This document shows positions 1-11,445 of a stretch of 64,000 nt of DNA, piece after piece. The position numbers were made by a program, and so were the translations under genes. This stretch comes from Eledone cirrhosa (lineage: Eukaryota). The notes beneath the pieces were generated by a model that was not told where the DNA came from, did no database searches, and saw nothing but the letters and a program-made list of their open reading frames with translations. Position 1 is the first letter of the stretch, and the number at the start of each line of letters is the position of its first letter. The stretch is taken from assembly GCA_964016885.1 (NCBI GenBank), contig OZ024757.1, forward strand, positions 10,540,001 to 10,604,000, written 5' to 3'.

Positions 1-113
1 ATTATGTATATATATATGTATGTATGTATATGTATATGTGTATGTATATGTGTATGTATGTATGTATATATATATATATATGTATGTATATGTATGTGTA
101 TGTATATGTATAT
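1..113. repeat. (TA)n/(TATG)n compound microsatellite
   Basis: Directly visible low-complexity TA/TG run; overlapping Y/I/C/M-rich ORFs are artefacts. Confidence 0.95.
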
Positions 114-452
114 GGAGGCACATGGCTTAGTGGTTAGAGCATTGGCCTGGCAATCGAAAGGTTGTGAGTTCAATTCTCAGACCGGGTGATGTGTTGTTTC
201 CTTGAGCAAGACACTTTATTTGACATTGCTCCAGTTTACTCAGCTGTAGAAATGAGATGATAGGGACTGGGGTACCTATCATTCCACTGCAAAGTGGTCG
301 TTGAGGTGCCACGGCAAAAAAGCACCCAGCACTCACTGTAAATGAGGTTGGTGTTAGGAAGGGCATCCAGCTGTAGAAATCAAACCAGAATCAGTTCCCG
401 TCCCACCCTTGCAAGCAGGGAAAAAGCGGACTTAAAACAAAATGATGATGAT
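114..452 (+). mobile_element. tRNA-derived SINE with central core and RTE-LINE-type 3' tail ending in (ATG)n
   Basis: Pol III box A TGGCTTAGTGG (123-133) and box B-like AGTTCAATTCT (167-177); core CCTTGAGCAAGACACTT; 3' part (~285-452) is homologous to the reverse complement of the RTE tail at 5059-5270; ends in atgatgatgatg. Confidence 0.8.
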
Positions 453-496
453 GTATGTATGTGTATATGTATGTATGTATATGTATGTATGTGTAT

Positions 497-631
497 GAGA
501 TGCAGTTTGGTTTTGTGCCCCTGAAAAGTACAACAGATGCCCTCTTCTTAGTGAGACAACCACAAGAGAGGTTCTCAGAGAAAAATAAGCCACTATACTT
601 AGCTTTGGACATAGAGAAGGCTTTTGATAGA
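497..631 (+). pseudogene. Fragment of LINE (RTE-like) reverse transcriptase
   Basis: Translates EMQFGFVPLKSTTDALFLVRQPQERFSEKNKPLYLALDIEKAFDR, i.e. the QxGF..STxDA and DxEKAFD RT motifs; flanked by microsatellites. Confidence 0.85.
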
Positions 632-714
632 GAACTCTTATAAATGTCAACATATATATATGTGTGTGTATATATATATTTTTTTAAAACTATATATTTA
701 TTACTCCCTTAAGC

Positions 715-1010
715 AGAAGAAATATATTCCCAGATATCGAAGATTACCACAATAACTAGGGAGCGGAAGTCAATAGATGCTGGACATTGCTGCTGAGGGT
801 AGGATGACCTGATGAGCTGGCTCCTGTGGTGGATACCTAAACATAGTAAGACCCAAGTGGGATGACTGAGGTTCACCTACATACATCAGATGTCTCTGGA
901 TCTCCAGCTGGAGATTAATGATCTCAGGAATGCCATGAAAAATCGTGACATCTAAAAAAGAAGAGTAGAATTGTTCTGGCCAATCCACCTGACCTAATAA
1001 ACAATAATAA
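715..1010 (+). pseudogene. Degenerate 3' end of an RTE/RTE-X-like LINE ORF
   Basis: Plus frame with stops reads ...AGHCC*G*DDLMSWLLWWIPKHSKTQVG*LRFTYIHQMSLDLQLEINDLRNAMKNRDI*KRRV, resembling the RTE-group C-terminus (AGHC..LLW.P.HG..GRP..TYI..AM.DR..W); followed by a TAA-rich tail. Confidence 0.6.
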
Positions 1011-1097
1011 TATTAATATATATTGATGAAAATTAATTATGGTGAAATATCTGAGAAATCATTATCAGAGGTTTTGTATTGTAATCCACACTTGCTC

Positions 1098-3091
1098 CTT
1101 GTGGCTTCTGATGCAGTCATCATGTCCACCATCAGGTCCTTCCCAGCTAGCAGCTGCGGAGATGTTGATGGTCTCTGACCAGGCCTCCTCAAGGAGTTGA
1201 TATCTCCCCTCTCCGCTGAGGCCGGGCGCCGCCTTCTGAGTGCAATTGTGGCGTTCACCAATAGGCTCATCCATGGCGTCCCGGACTCTTACGCTCGAGG
1301 CCTCTTTTTTTCGGCCAGCCTCACCGCTCTCAGGAAGAAAGAGGGTGGCATACGCCCCATTGCTGTTGGCAATGTCTTCCGGAGGCTGGCTGCCAAGGTG
1401 ATCTGCAAGTCCGCAACACTCGGAACCGGCATCCAGGGACTCCAGGCACCTCATTGTCAAGTTTGATATGAGGAATGCCTGCAACTCTTTACGCTGGGAT
1501 CATCTGCTCGAAGCCTGCCTCAGCCGAGCCCCCTCTGCCTACCTGTCATATGGAGCCCCTAGCATGCGCCTTGCTGCTGATACGGTCATACCCTCGGCTA
1601 CTGGGATCCAACAGGGCAACCCTTTGGGACCCCTCCTGTTCACCCTTGGTATTGACTACATCGCCCGGAGTATAACGGCCCCTCTCAACGTTTGGTATCT
1701 GGATGATGCTACTTTGGGTGGGCCCGTACAGACGGTCTGCCATGACCTTCAATCGGTGGATCCTGCCCTGGCGGGAATCGACCTCCAGGTCAACTCAGCC
1801 AAGTCGGAGGTGGTGAATGTCAGCCTCGATGCTGCAAGCATCGAGGCTGACATTCTCCGCTAGGTTCAGGTGACCCCCAAAGAGGATGCCCTCACCGATC
1901 CACCCGCAGGCCATCCGCTCCACCATCAAGTCCAGACTCTCACGAGCCGACTGGGCTTGATTGACGGCCACCCAGTTCTCTTTCTGCTGAGGAACTGATA
2001 CGCCATGCCGAAGCTCCTCTATACACTCTGTGCTACACCCAGACATGTCACCTCCCTGAGCTCGATGCTTGTATCCGAGCAGCAGCCAATGAGATATGCA
2101 ACTTTACCTGTCAGGTATGGCGGCCTTCGCCTCCAGTCCCCGATCTCTAGCTTTGCCGGCGTATCTTTCGTCGGTAACCTCGTACCACGTCCTCCTCAGC
2201 AGGGTTCTTCAAAACACAACAGAACCCTCTGTGTTCAGAGAACGCGTGGCCGCCTGTGAGACGTGGGACCGGCTGGGACTTAGCCCAGTAGACGTTCCTC
2301 CTCCTTCTCCCCCTGTTGACGTCAAGTCCCCCCAACACACTTGGGATGCCATCCAGTGCAGCCTGGCCTCAGACAGGCTCACGCGCCAAATCTACCAGCA
2401 CCGCCTTGTTTGTTTTCGTGCGGCCTCCAAACCCCACAGTGGGGCCTGGCTCCATGCCCTGCCCTCCATCTCCACTCGCACGCAGCTAGACAACCATAGC
2501 TTGCGCATCGGCGTTTCCCTGAGGCTCGGCCTCACACCAATGTCGCTGCCGTTCCACCATGGACTCTTTCGGCCTCCACCCGCTTTCATGTCGCCACAGT
2601 GCCGGCAGCAATCCACGCCATGCTGCCCTCAACGAAGTCATTAAGCATGGCTTAGACGCTGCAGGCTTCCCTTCCCAGCTCGAGGGGACGGCAAAAGGCC
2701 AGATGGCATGACCATCTTCCCGTTCCGCGGTGGCAAACCCCTCGTCTGGGATGCCACTTGCACCGACACTTTCTGCAGCCGCAACCTGGTGCAGTCTGTG
2801 ACTGGCCCAGGTTCTGCTGCACGTCAGGCTGAGGGGGTCAAACTCCTCACATATCGTTCACTCTCCGACAGGTTTGCGGTCGTACCCCTGGAAGTGGAGA
2901 CGTCTGGTGTCCTCGGCCCCAGGGCTAACTCCTTACTCACCACCATAGGCGCTGAGCTGGCCAGCCGCAGGTGTGAGCCCCGCGAGTTGGAGTGGCTTTT
3001 CCAGCGCGTGTCCCTTGCCGTGCTCCGGGGAAACGTCTTCTCCATTCTGTCCGCCGGGGCTGTGGGTGGGCCCCATCGCGTACCGTTATAG
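1098..3091 (+). mobile_element. 5'-truncated, decayed CRE-clade non-LTR retrotransposon (RT + CCHC + restriction-like endonuclease)
   Basis: Across frameshifted segments: IRSFP..G.DGL*P, GGIRPIAVG, KFDMRNACN, GIQQGNPLGPLLF, WYLDD; then HQCRC..DSFGLHPLSC..RHAALN and GKRPDGMT..VWDATCTDT..VETSG, the PD-(D/E)xK RLE layout typical of CRE elements. GC-rich relative to its flanks. Confidence 0.85.
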
Positions 3092-3789
3092 TTGTTGAAG
3101 AAGAAACAGGGAGACAACAACTGGAATGTATACAAAACAACTAAATCTGTTAAATAACTTATATCCAAAATACGATTTGTATATACATCAACAGTGACTC
3201 ATTATTATACGCCAGTCACAACCCCACTGCAAAAACGATATCTATATAACAACTGCACCGTAAAACTACTCTTCCCCACTTTACAAACACTTTATATTAT
3301 TTGTCATTAAGGTTTCTTAAAATAAATATATATACGTATGTGTAGTAATTAGTATGAGGGCTTAGAGAAGGGACGAGTGTGTCTTGATGGAGGGCACAGG
3401 GGACCAGCAAAATCCTAAAAGTAGAGACCAGTAAATGAGATAAGGTCCTAGCTATGTTAAGAATATAAATAAGAAACATGTTCTATACATTTAAGAAGAC
3501 AAGAGAAACATGTTCTAAACATTTAAGAAATAATTATTTACCTCTTTCATGTCGGTAATATAGCGGTGTTATAAAACTAATTATAACGACCGGTGTTAAA
3601 ATAGAGAGAGATAGACAGATAAATGTGTGTCACACTCTCACACTCTCTTTAAATCTTTTACACTATCTAACTCGTCCTTCTTCCCCTCTCTTTACATCTT
3701 TTACTCTATCTCCCTCTCTTTACATCTACCTCTTATTTCTATCTGTGTACATATATATGTGTGTATCTGTCTATGTGTAACTATGTGTA

Positions 3790-3829
3790 CTGGAGCAATA
3801 TGAAGTGAAGTGTCTTGCTCAAGAACACA
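3790..3829 (-). mobile_element. Short SINE core fragment of the same family as 114-452
   Basis: Reverse complement TGTGTTCTTGAGCAAGACACTTCACTTCATATTGCTCCAG matches 190-234. Confidence 0.65.
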
Positions 3830-4302
3830 TTTTGTGGAGTTATATCATCGTTTCTTGTTATAAAGCTACTTATACTACCGGCGTAACAGTCGCTATAGGT
3901 GAAATATGTAGAAATAAAAGGCTGTAACAGCGATATAAATATAGATGAAATAGTTTACCACGAGACTAAGAATGAATGTTTAATGGAATTAAGTGTAATC
4001 TAATAGGAAATAAGAGGCTAGAGCAGCGAAATGTTTACGTAAAATAAAAGAACAACAAACAAGAGTGCAACATGGAAATTTTTGTTTTTTTTGTCGATAT
4101 AAGCGTTATTTTATGCGCGATTTGCCTTGCTGCCGGCGTTGCTCAGTTAGTAGCAGCCCCGCTTACGAACTTCAGGAGTCAACGACTTTACATGGTTCGA
4201 ATCTCACCCTCTCCGCTCTTGTCGAGTTATCTCCTACTCTTTTCACTTAGTTCCAGGTCATTGAAAAAGAGCAAAGAGGGCGCGGCGATCGGCATATGCA
4301 CT

Positions 4303-4468
4303 GGCTACAATGTTGAAATTTGGTACTGACTGCGTAGTTGAACGTTCCACATACCAACCGCCCAACTGGCCAGTCAACCGCAAATACGGCTGGCTGGCCG
4401 GTTGGGTAGTTGGCATAAGTACGGGCTACCATGCTGAACATTGGTACTGACTGTCAAGTTGAACGTTC
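4303..4468. repeat. 45-bp imperfect direct repeats flanking a 27-bp-stem GC-rich inverted repeat
   Basis: GGCTACAATGTTGAAATTTGGTACTGACTGCGTAGTTGAACGTTC (4303-4347) resembles GGCTACCATGCTGAACATTGGTACTGACTGTCAAGTTGAACGTTC (4424-4468); hairpin at 4354-4413. Confidence 0.75.
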
Positions 4469-4914
4469 TCACACCCTCTTTACATCTATTACTCTATCTA
4501 CCGCTTATTTCTCCCCCTCTCTTTACTTCTATAACTCTATCTACCCCTCTCTTTACATCTATTACAGTGTCTCCCTGTATATATACACGTATATATGCAC
4601 TAGATTTTATAAGAAATCTAAGTAATAATATAATTAACAATAGTTGATGAATTAGACCAGAGTTAATTAAACAATAAATATGAATGAAATGGCAGTAGAT
4701 GGCGAAACTTGAGTGTTTTGTGTGCATACATATATATGAGGTAAACTGGTTCAAATACTGTCAGGATTATATTGGATCAAAGACTGTATTAAATAGAAAG
4801 TAAAAAATGAAGTGAAAATATAAAAACAAACTGAAAATTTCCCCATCCCTAGAAAAATTCATATCTTGTTATATATAGATAATTGGCGCTTTAAATTGAA
4901 TAAATATTCATTTA

Positions 4915-5055
4915 TATATATATATATATGTATATATACATGTACACTGATATATATGTGTGTATATATATATATGTATATATATGTACATATATGTATG
5001 TGTATATGTGTACATATGTATGTGTATATATATACTAATATATATATATATATAT
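4915..5055. repeat. (TA)n-rich microsatellite
   Basis: Direct inspection. Confidence 0.9.
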
Positions 5056-5058
5056 CAA

Positions 5059-5604
5059 CTTCATCATACGTCCGCTTTTCCATGATTGCAAGGGTGGGAT
5101 GGGAGCTGATTCTGGATTGGTTTCTACAGCTGGGTGCCCTTCCTGACGCCAACCCCGTTTGCAGTGAGTGCTGGGTGCTTTTTTTTTCGTGGCACCTCCA
5201 CGTCAGCTTTACAGTGTGGGCTGGGTGCTTTTTTGCCGTGGCGCCTCCACGACCACTTTGCGGTGGGGTGGTGGGGTGGTATGTGTATACCCAGCCCATC
5301 GTCATTTCCCACCCAGAAAAGCTTATAGCATCGTTCTTTACCCACGATGAATCTAGCAGACCCACCTCTCCACCTGGTCTCTTGAATACAACAAACATTG
5401 ACCTCCTTACGTTCAAGCATTTCTACAACCTCGTTAGAGCCACCCTTTAAGGTGCCTACATTAATGGTACCAACTCTGAAGCTTTGGATTGCGTTTGGAG
5501 GGTGGGAGCGGTGGGGGGTGAGGTGTGGGGTTATTTTAGCCATCCGCGGCCGAAACAAAGAGGAGGAGCCCTTGCATTCTCGTCCATGAGGTGGATTTGT
5601 CTTT
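5059..5604 (-). mobile_element. Internally deleted (bipartite) non-autonomous RTE-clade element: 5' end plus APE N-terminus fused to the 3' tail
   Basis: Minus ORF gives FRVGTINVGTLKG..EVVEMLERKEVNVCCIQETRWRG..YKLFWVG (APE motifs I-II), then jumps at ~5285 into the same 3' tail seen in SINE 114-452; flanked by TA microsatellite on both sides. Confidence 0.8.
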
Positions 5605-5860
5605 ATGTATGTATATATATATATGTATGTATGTGTGTGTATGTATGTATATGTATATATGAGTGTATATGTATATGTGTATATGTATGTATATGTATGT
5701 GTATGTATGTGTATATATTTGTATATGTATATGTATGTATGTATATATGTGTGTGTATGTATATATGTGTGTGTATGTATATATATATATGTATGTGTAT
5801 GTATATGTATGTGTATATATATGTATGTATGTGTATGTGTATATATGTGTGTATATGTAT
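5605..5860. repeat. (TA)/(TG)/(TATG) compound microsatellite
   Basis: Direct inspection. Confidence 0.95.
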
Positions 5861-6112
5861 CCTAAACGGACGGTAGTCCGTTTAGTAATATTGTTGTGGT
5901 CGTGTTTTCGTTGGCAATCGTCTGTTTACGACAGTACAGCGCGGCTCTACTTTATTTAACTGAGATAAAACTTATATGAGCATGAACAGTAGATCATTAC
6001 GCATCTTTTGGCTTAAAAATCTAGAAATTTGGTCCAGCGGGAAAAAGTTTATAATCAAAGTTTGCTGATAAATCTTGCGTTCAAGATTTATCAGCAAATT
6101 AAATTTCGTGTG

Positions 6113-6720
6113 TGTATACGTGTGTGTATTCATATACACACTAGTATTTCAGTATGCATATGTAGATGTACATTTTTAACTTAATTGTTTAAGTGTCAGT
6201 CATACAAAAGTGAGTTACAAACGAAACGAAATTTAATTTCGTTTCGTTATTTGTTTTTATCGTCTCCGCTGAACCGGTGCGTACTCACACTCTATGCAAA
6301 TTAGTCTGCCCACTACTAATTTTCATAGAAAAAGCATATAACGATATGTGCTTTTACAATTCTCCAGAAGGGCCGGTAGATAGGTAAATATTGCTGATGA
6401 GTTGTAACAACAACGAAACTAGTTCAATATTCCTTGTCTGGCTTTCTGGAGAATAGAGGGAAGGTGTTCCCCCGAAAACCAGTATGACTCTAAAAACCTG
6501 TTTGTCTGTGTGTTTACATACAGAATAGCTGGGTTGCTCACAGTAAAGCAACCAGTGAAAGACTTGTTACACCTACATATGTATACGTGTGTGTATTCAT
6601 ATACACACTAGTATTTCAGTATGCATATGTAGATGTACATTTTTAACTTAATTGTTTAAGCGTCAGTCATACAAAGGTGAGTTACAAACGAAGCGAAATT
6701 TAATTTCGTTTCGTTATTTG

Positions 6721-6727
<7 letters not shown>
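6113..6727 (+). mobile_element. Partial-tandem non-coding retroelement A (Penelope-like/retrozyme-like), period 467 bp
   Basis: 148-bp near-identical direct repeats 6113-6260 and 6580-6727; contains a hammerhead ribozyme motif; runs directly into (TA)n. Confidence 0.7.
6387..6431 (+). ncRNA. Minimal type I hammerhead ribozyme
   Basis: Stem I AATATTG/CAATATT, core CTGATGA (6394-6400), stem II GTTGT-aaca-ACAAC, GAAA, palindromic stem III ACTAGT, triplet GUU with predicted cleavage after 6424; stem I extends to ATTCTCCAGAA (6359-6369)/TTCTGGAGAAT (6444-6454). Confidence 0.85.
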
Positions 6728-6785
<58 letters not shown>

Positions 6786-6861
6786 CTATACATATATATA
6801 TATATACATTATGCATATATTCATATATACAATATATACATATATATATAGATTGCATGTG

Positions 6862-6920
<59 letters not shown>

Positions 6921-7077
6921 GAGTATATATATACGAGTATATATATATATATATATGTATTAGTATATATATATATATATATATATGTATACGTATGAGT
7001 ATATATATATATATGTATATATATGAGTATATATATGTGTATATATATGAGTATATATATATATGTATATATATGAG

Positions 7078-7112
<35 letters not shown>

Positions 7113-7175
7113 GTATATATATATGAGTATATATATATATATTTATATGTATATATATGAGTATATATATGCATA
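6728..7175. repeat. (TA)n microsatellite with ATGAGT interruptions
   Basis: Direct inspection. Confidence 0.95.
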
Positions 7176-7311
7176 TGAACAAAAGGTGACATCGTTGCCT
7201 GAACACTGTACAGCGTAATTCAGGCTGTTCGTTTGTTTACAAACGGACAAACCGATCATTATAATAAATGTTCGGTAAACTGATACGTACATATATATGT
7301 GTGTGCCTGTA

Positions 7312-7359
<48 letters not shown>

Positions 7360-7785
7360 CTACTGTACGTCTGTATACATATATGTATGTACGTATACAT
7401 ACATACTTACATTTAAGTAAGTGCCGTATTAAGAGTGAGAAATGAAATTTCGTTTCATTCTATTCCATTTATCGTTTTCGGTGCGCCTGGCCGACTGAAC
7501 TCACTCGATATGCAAATTAGGTTGCTCAGCGGTTAATTTTCATAAGGAAAGTATATACTTTCGGACGTTCAACCATCTGGCAGAAGGGTATACGGTGCTG
7601 ATGATAGCTAACATGCTTGAAACTAGTACATCGTTCCTGTGTCAGTGTTGAACAAAAAGGTGACATGGTTGCCTGAATACTGTACACCGTAATTCAGGCT
7701 GTTCGTTTGTTTACAAACGGACAAACCGAGCATTATAATAAATGTTCGGTAAACTGATACGTACATATATATATATGTGTGCCTG

Positions 7786-7883
<98 letters not shown>

Positions 7884-7988
7884 CATACTACTGTACATCT
7901 GTATACATATATGTATGTACGTATACATACATACTTACATTTAAGTAAGTGCCGTACTAAGAGAAATGAAATTTCGTTCCATTCTATT

Positions 7989-7992
<4 letters not shown>
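7176..7992 (+). mobile_element. Partial-tandem non-coding retroelement B (Penelope-like/retrozyme-like), period ~473 bp
   Basis: Direct repeats 7176-7468 and 7649-7992 (differing mainly in internal TA length); hammerhead between them; embedded in (TA)n. Confidence 0.7.
7592..7634 (+). ncRNA. Minimal type I hammerhead ribozyme
   Basis: Stem I ACGGTG/CATCGT, core CTGATGA (7598-7604), stem II (T)AGC-taacat-GCT(T), GAAA, stem III ACTAGT, triplet GUA with predicted cleavage after 7628; stem I extension CTGGCA/TGTCAG and GTTCAAC/GTTGAAC. Confidence 0.8.
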
Positions 7993-8033
<41 letters not shown>

Positions 8034-8054
8034 TATGTATATATATATATATGA

Positions 8055-8099
<45 letters not shown>

Positions 8100-8126
8100 T
8101 ATATATATATATGTGTATATATATGA

Positions 8127-8165
<39 letters not shown>

Positions 8166-8194
8166 TATATATATATATATATATATATATATGA

Positions 8195-8229
<35 letters not shown>

Positions 8230-8248
8230 TATATATATATATATATGA

Positions 8249-8285
<37 letters not shown>

Positions 8286-8314
8286 TATATATATATATAT
8301 ATATATATATATGA

Positions 8315-8393
<79 letters not shown>

Positions 8394-8414
8394 TATATAT
8401 ATATATATATATGA

Positions 8415-8509
<95 letters not shown>

Positions 8510-8577
8510 TATATATATATATGAGTATATATATATATGTATATATATGAGTATATATATATATGAGTATATATATG

Positions 8578-8608
<31 letters not shown>

Positions 8609-8739
8609 CTGAGTATATATATATATATGTATATATCTGAGTATATATATATATATGTATATATCTGAGTATATATATATATATGTATATATCTGAGTAT
8701 ATATATATATATGTATATATATGAGTATATATATATGAG

Positions 8740-8770
<31 letters not shown>

Positions 8771-8914
8771 GAGTATATATATATATATGTATATATATGA
8801 GTATATATATATATATGTATATATATGAGTATATATATATGTATATATATGAGTATATATATATATATATATATATATGAGTATATATATATATATATAT
8901 ATATGAGTATATAT
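7993..8914. repeat. Long (TA)n microsatellite punctuated by GAG (ATGAGT/CTGAGT)
   Basis: Direct inspection. Confidence 0.95.
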
Positions 8915-9698
8915 GCAAAAGTTTTATTTAAAATTGTAGGGTTACAACGAGTAAATATTTTATAACTGATATAAAAGCACTCAACAGGTTTTGGAGTAGG
9001 TTTACGATATTAAACAAATGGAAACTATATTTATAAAACCATATTTATTTCATTATATATATTTCAGGGATACCATATTAAAAATATGGTATGCCTTCCT
9101 CAGACAAAATACAATATATAAACCGTTTCATAAATAAATTTGACATACCTAGAACAGTGCAACTTCCATTTAAAAAGTTGATTTGGTAGTGAAAATGTTG
9201 AGGACAGTTAAAAAGAAGGACGAAGAGAAAAAAGAAAAAAAGAAAAAAAAAGAAAAAAAGAAGAGAAGAAGAAAGAAAGTGTATAGTGCTAAGGACAGTT
9301 AGAGAAGAAGATGAAGAGATGTATGTAAAGAAAACAACAGAGCGAGATAGAGAGAAAAAGATATGGGAGAGAAATATATTGAGGAAGTGAAAAATGATAG
9401 GCAGCTTGGAGACAGATGATTAGCGTACAAATGAGATATTAAGGAGGGAAGGGGGTACTGTAATTATTTATTTATTTATTTATTTAGTTATAGTGTTAAG
9501 GATACGGAGAGAAATAAGATAAATAAAGAGAGGTAGAGAGAGATATATGTGGTGGGAGAAAAGAGGTAGATCGAGTAATATCTATCATACGAGGTGGGAG
9601 AGATACAGTTAAAAACAGCCGATATATAAGTCCCGTCAAGTGTAGAGGTTAAAAAGAAAGAAAGATGATATATTTAAAATATTATGTCTCGTCCATTT

Positions 9699-10133
<435 letters not shown>

Positions 10134-10697
10134 ATAAAATAACAGAGATAGCTTAAAGCTAAACTCTGACTGGTAACCATCTCACTCAACAAACAGGTTA
10201 TATGTTAGTATAAACCCAATTTAAGTGTTTGGGGTGCTAACTATATGTATTTTGTGGAAAGCCAGTTGTATTATTTTATGAGATATAATTAAAGTTAAAA
10301 TATATCTCTCTTTCCAAACAATTGTTTCATTATAAGTTTTCTACAAATTGGGAGAATGTTTCCAGTTTATGTAGAAGCCTGACATATATTCATGTAAGAA
10401 TATATTTAGGTGGGCGCTTATAAATCTTCAGTGGAAGCCCATTAAACTTTGATATGAGAAAAAATTCTTACCGCAGTTAAAAATCGTGTCTGCTAAATTG
10501 CTCCCTCACGCATCGAATGACCGCCAAATTTGAAATTCCAGCAGTTTTTGACTGAGGAAGTATTATAGCGTCACGAAGCGGGAAGGGGAGACAACCAGTA
10601 CACGAGAAAAGAGAAAAATAATATTCACGCGGGTTAATCAGTTTTTTCAAAAACATTATCAATCCAACGTGTTAAGAACTCAATTGAAATTAAAAAA

Positions 10698-10702
<5 letters not shown>

Positions 10703-10757
<55 letters not shown>

Positions 10758-11171
10758 TCTCTCTCTCTCTCCCATCCTTACACTTCATCAAATCCACATC
10801 CAAAAGAAATTTGGCATTTGTTCAACTAAATAGATTTGCCTATCTTTCACACACGCACACATGCACATACAGACTCTCACACACATACACACACACATGT
10901 ACACTAACACACACACACACACACATACACACAGACACATAGACACTGGCGCACACACGCACACACACACGAACAAATATATATACATATGTGTGTCTGT
11001 GTGTGTGTATATATGTTTGTGTGTGTGAGTATATATATATATGTGTGTGTGTGGGTATGTGCGTGCGTCTATATGTATAAATATATATATATATATGTGT
11101 GTGTGTGAGTATATATATATGTGTGTGTGTGAGTATATATATATCTATGTGTATGTGTATGTGCGTGCGTC

Positions 11172-11215
<44 letters not shown>

Positions 11216-11265
11216 TGTGTGTGTGAGTATATATATATATGTGTGTGTTTGTAGGTGCGTGCGTC

Positions 11266-11296
<31 letters not shown>

Positions 11297-11372
11297 GCAT
11301 ATATATATATATATGTGTGTGTGTGTGAGTATATATATATATATGTGTGTTTGGGGTGCGTGCGTCTATATG

Positions 11373-11413
<41 letters not shown>
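10703..11413. repeat. Compound (TA)n/(CA)n/(TG)n microsatellite field with a recurring TGCGTGCGTCTATAT unit
   Basis: Direct inspection; TGCGTGCGTCTATAT recurs near 11060, 11162, 11256 and 11357. Confidence 0.9.
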
Positions 11414-11422
<9 letters not shown>

Positions 11423-11435
11423 ATAGATAGATAGA
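11414..11435. repeat. Target-site duplication copy 1 (GTGTGTGTGATAGATAGATAGA)
   Basis: Identical 22-mer at 11414-11435, 17254-17275 and 23074-23095, exactly at the LINE boundaries. Confidence 0.85.
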
Positions 11436-11439
11436 TTTC

Positions 11440-11445
11440 TTTATT
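11440..11445 (-). promoter_or_regulatory. Polyadenylation signal AATAAA at the LINE 3' terminus (same at 17280-17285)
   Basis: Minus strand reads GGTAAATAAAGAAA, then the target sequence. Confidence 0.7.

Noticed and set aside
114-186. tRNA-like sequence
   Set aside because: Has A/B boxes but no convincing cloverleaf and continues into a SINE core and tail; it is a SINE head, not a tRNA gene.
809-830. CTGATGAG motif suggesting a third hammerhead
   Set aside because: No stem II followed by GAAA and no closing stem; it lies within an RTE coding relic.
4072-4329. 85-aa hydrophobic ORF resembling a small membrane or secreted protein
   Set aside because: No recognisable domain or splice context; lies in what appears to be interspersed repeat.
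10490-10637. Possible DNA-transposon end (...GCGGG|TTAA, piggyBac-like; GGGGAGACAAC motif)
   Set aside because: No matching opposite terminal repeat or transposase found in the window.
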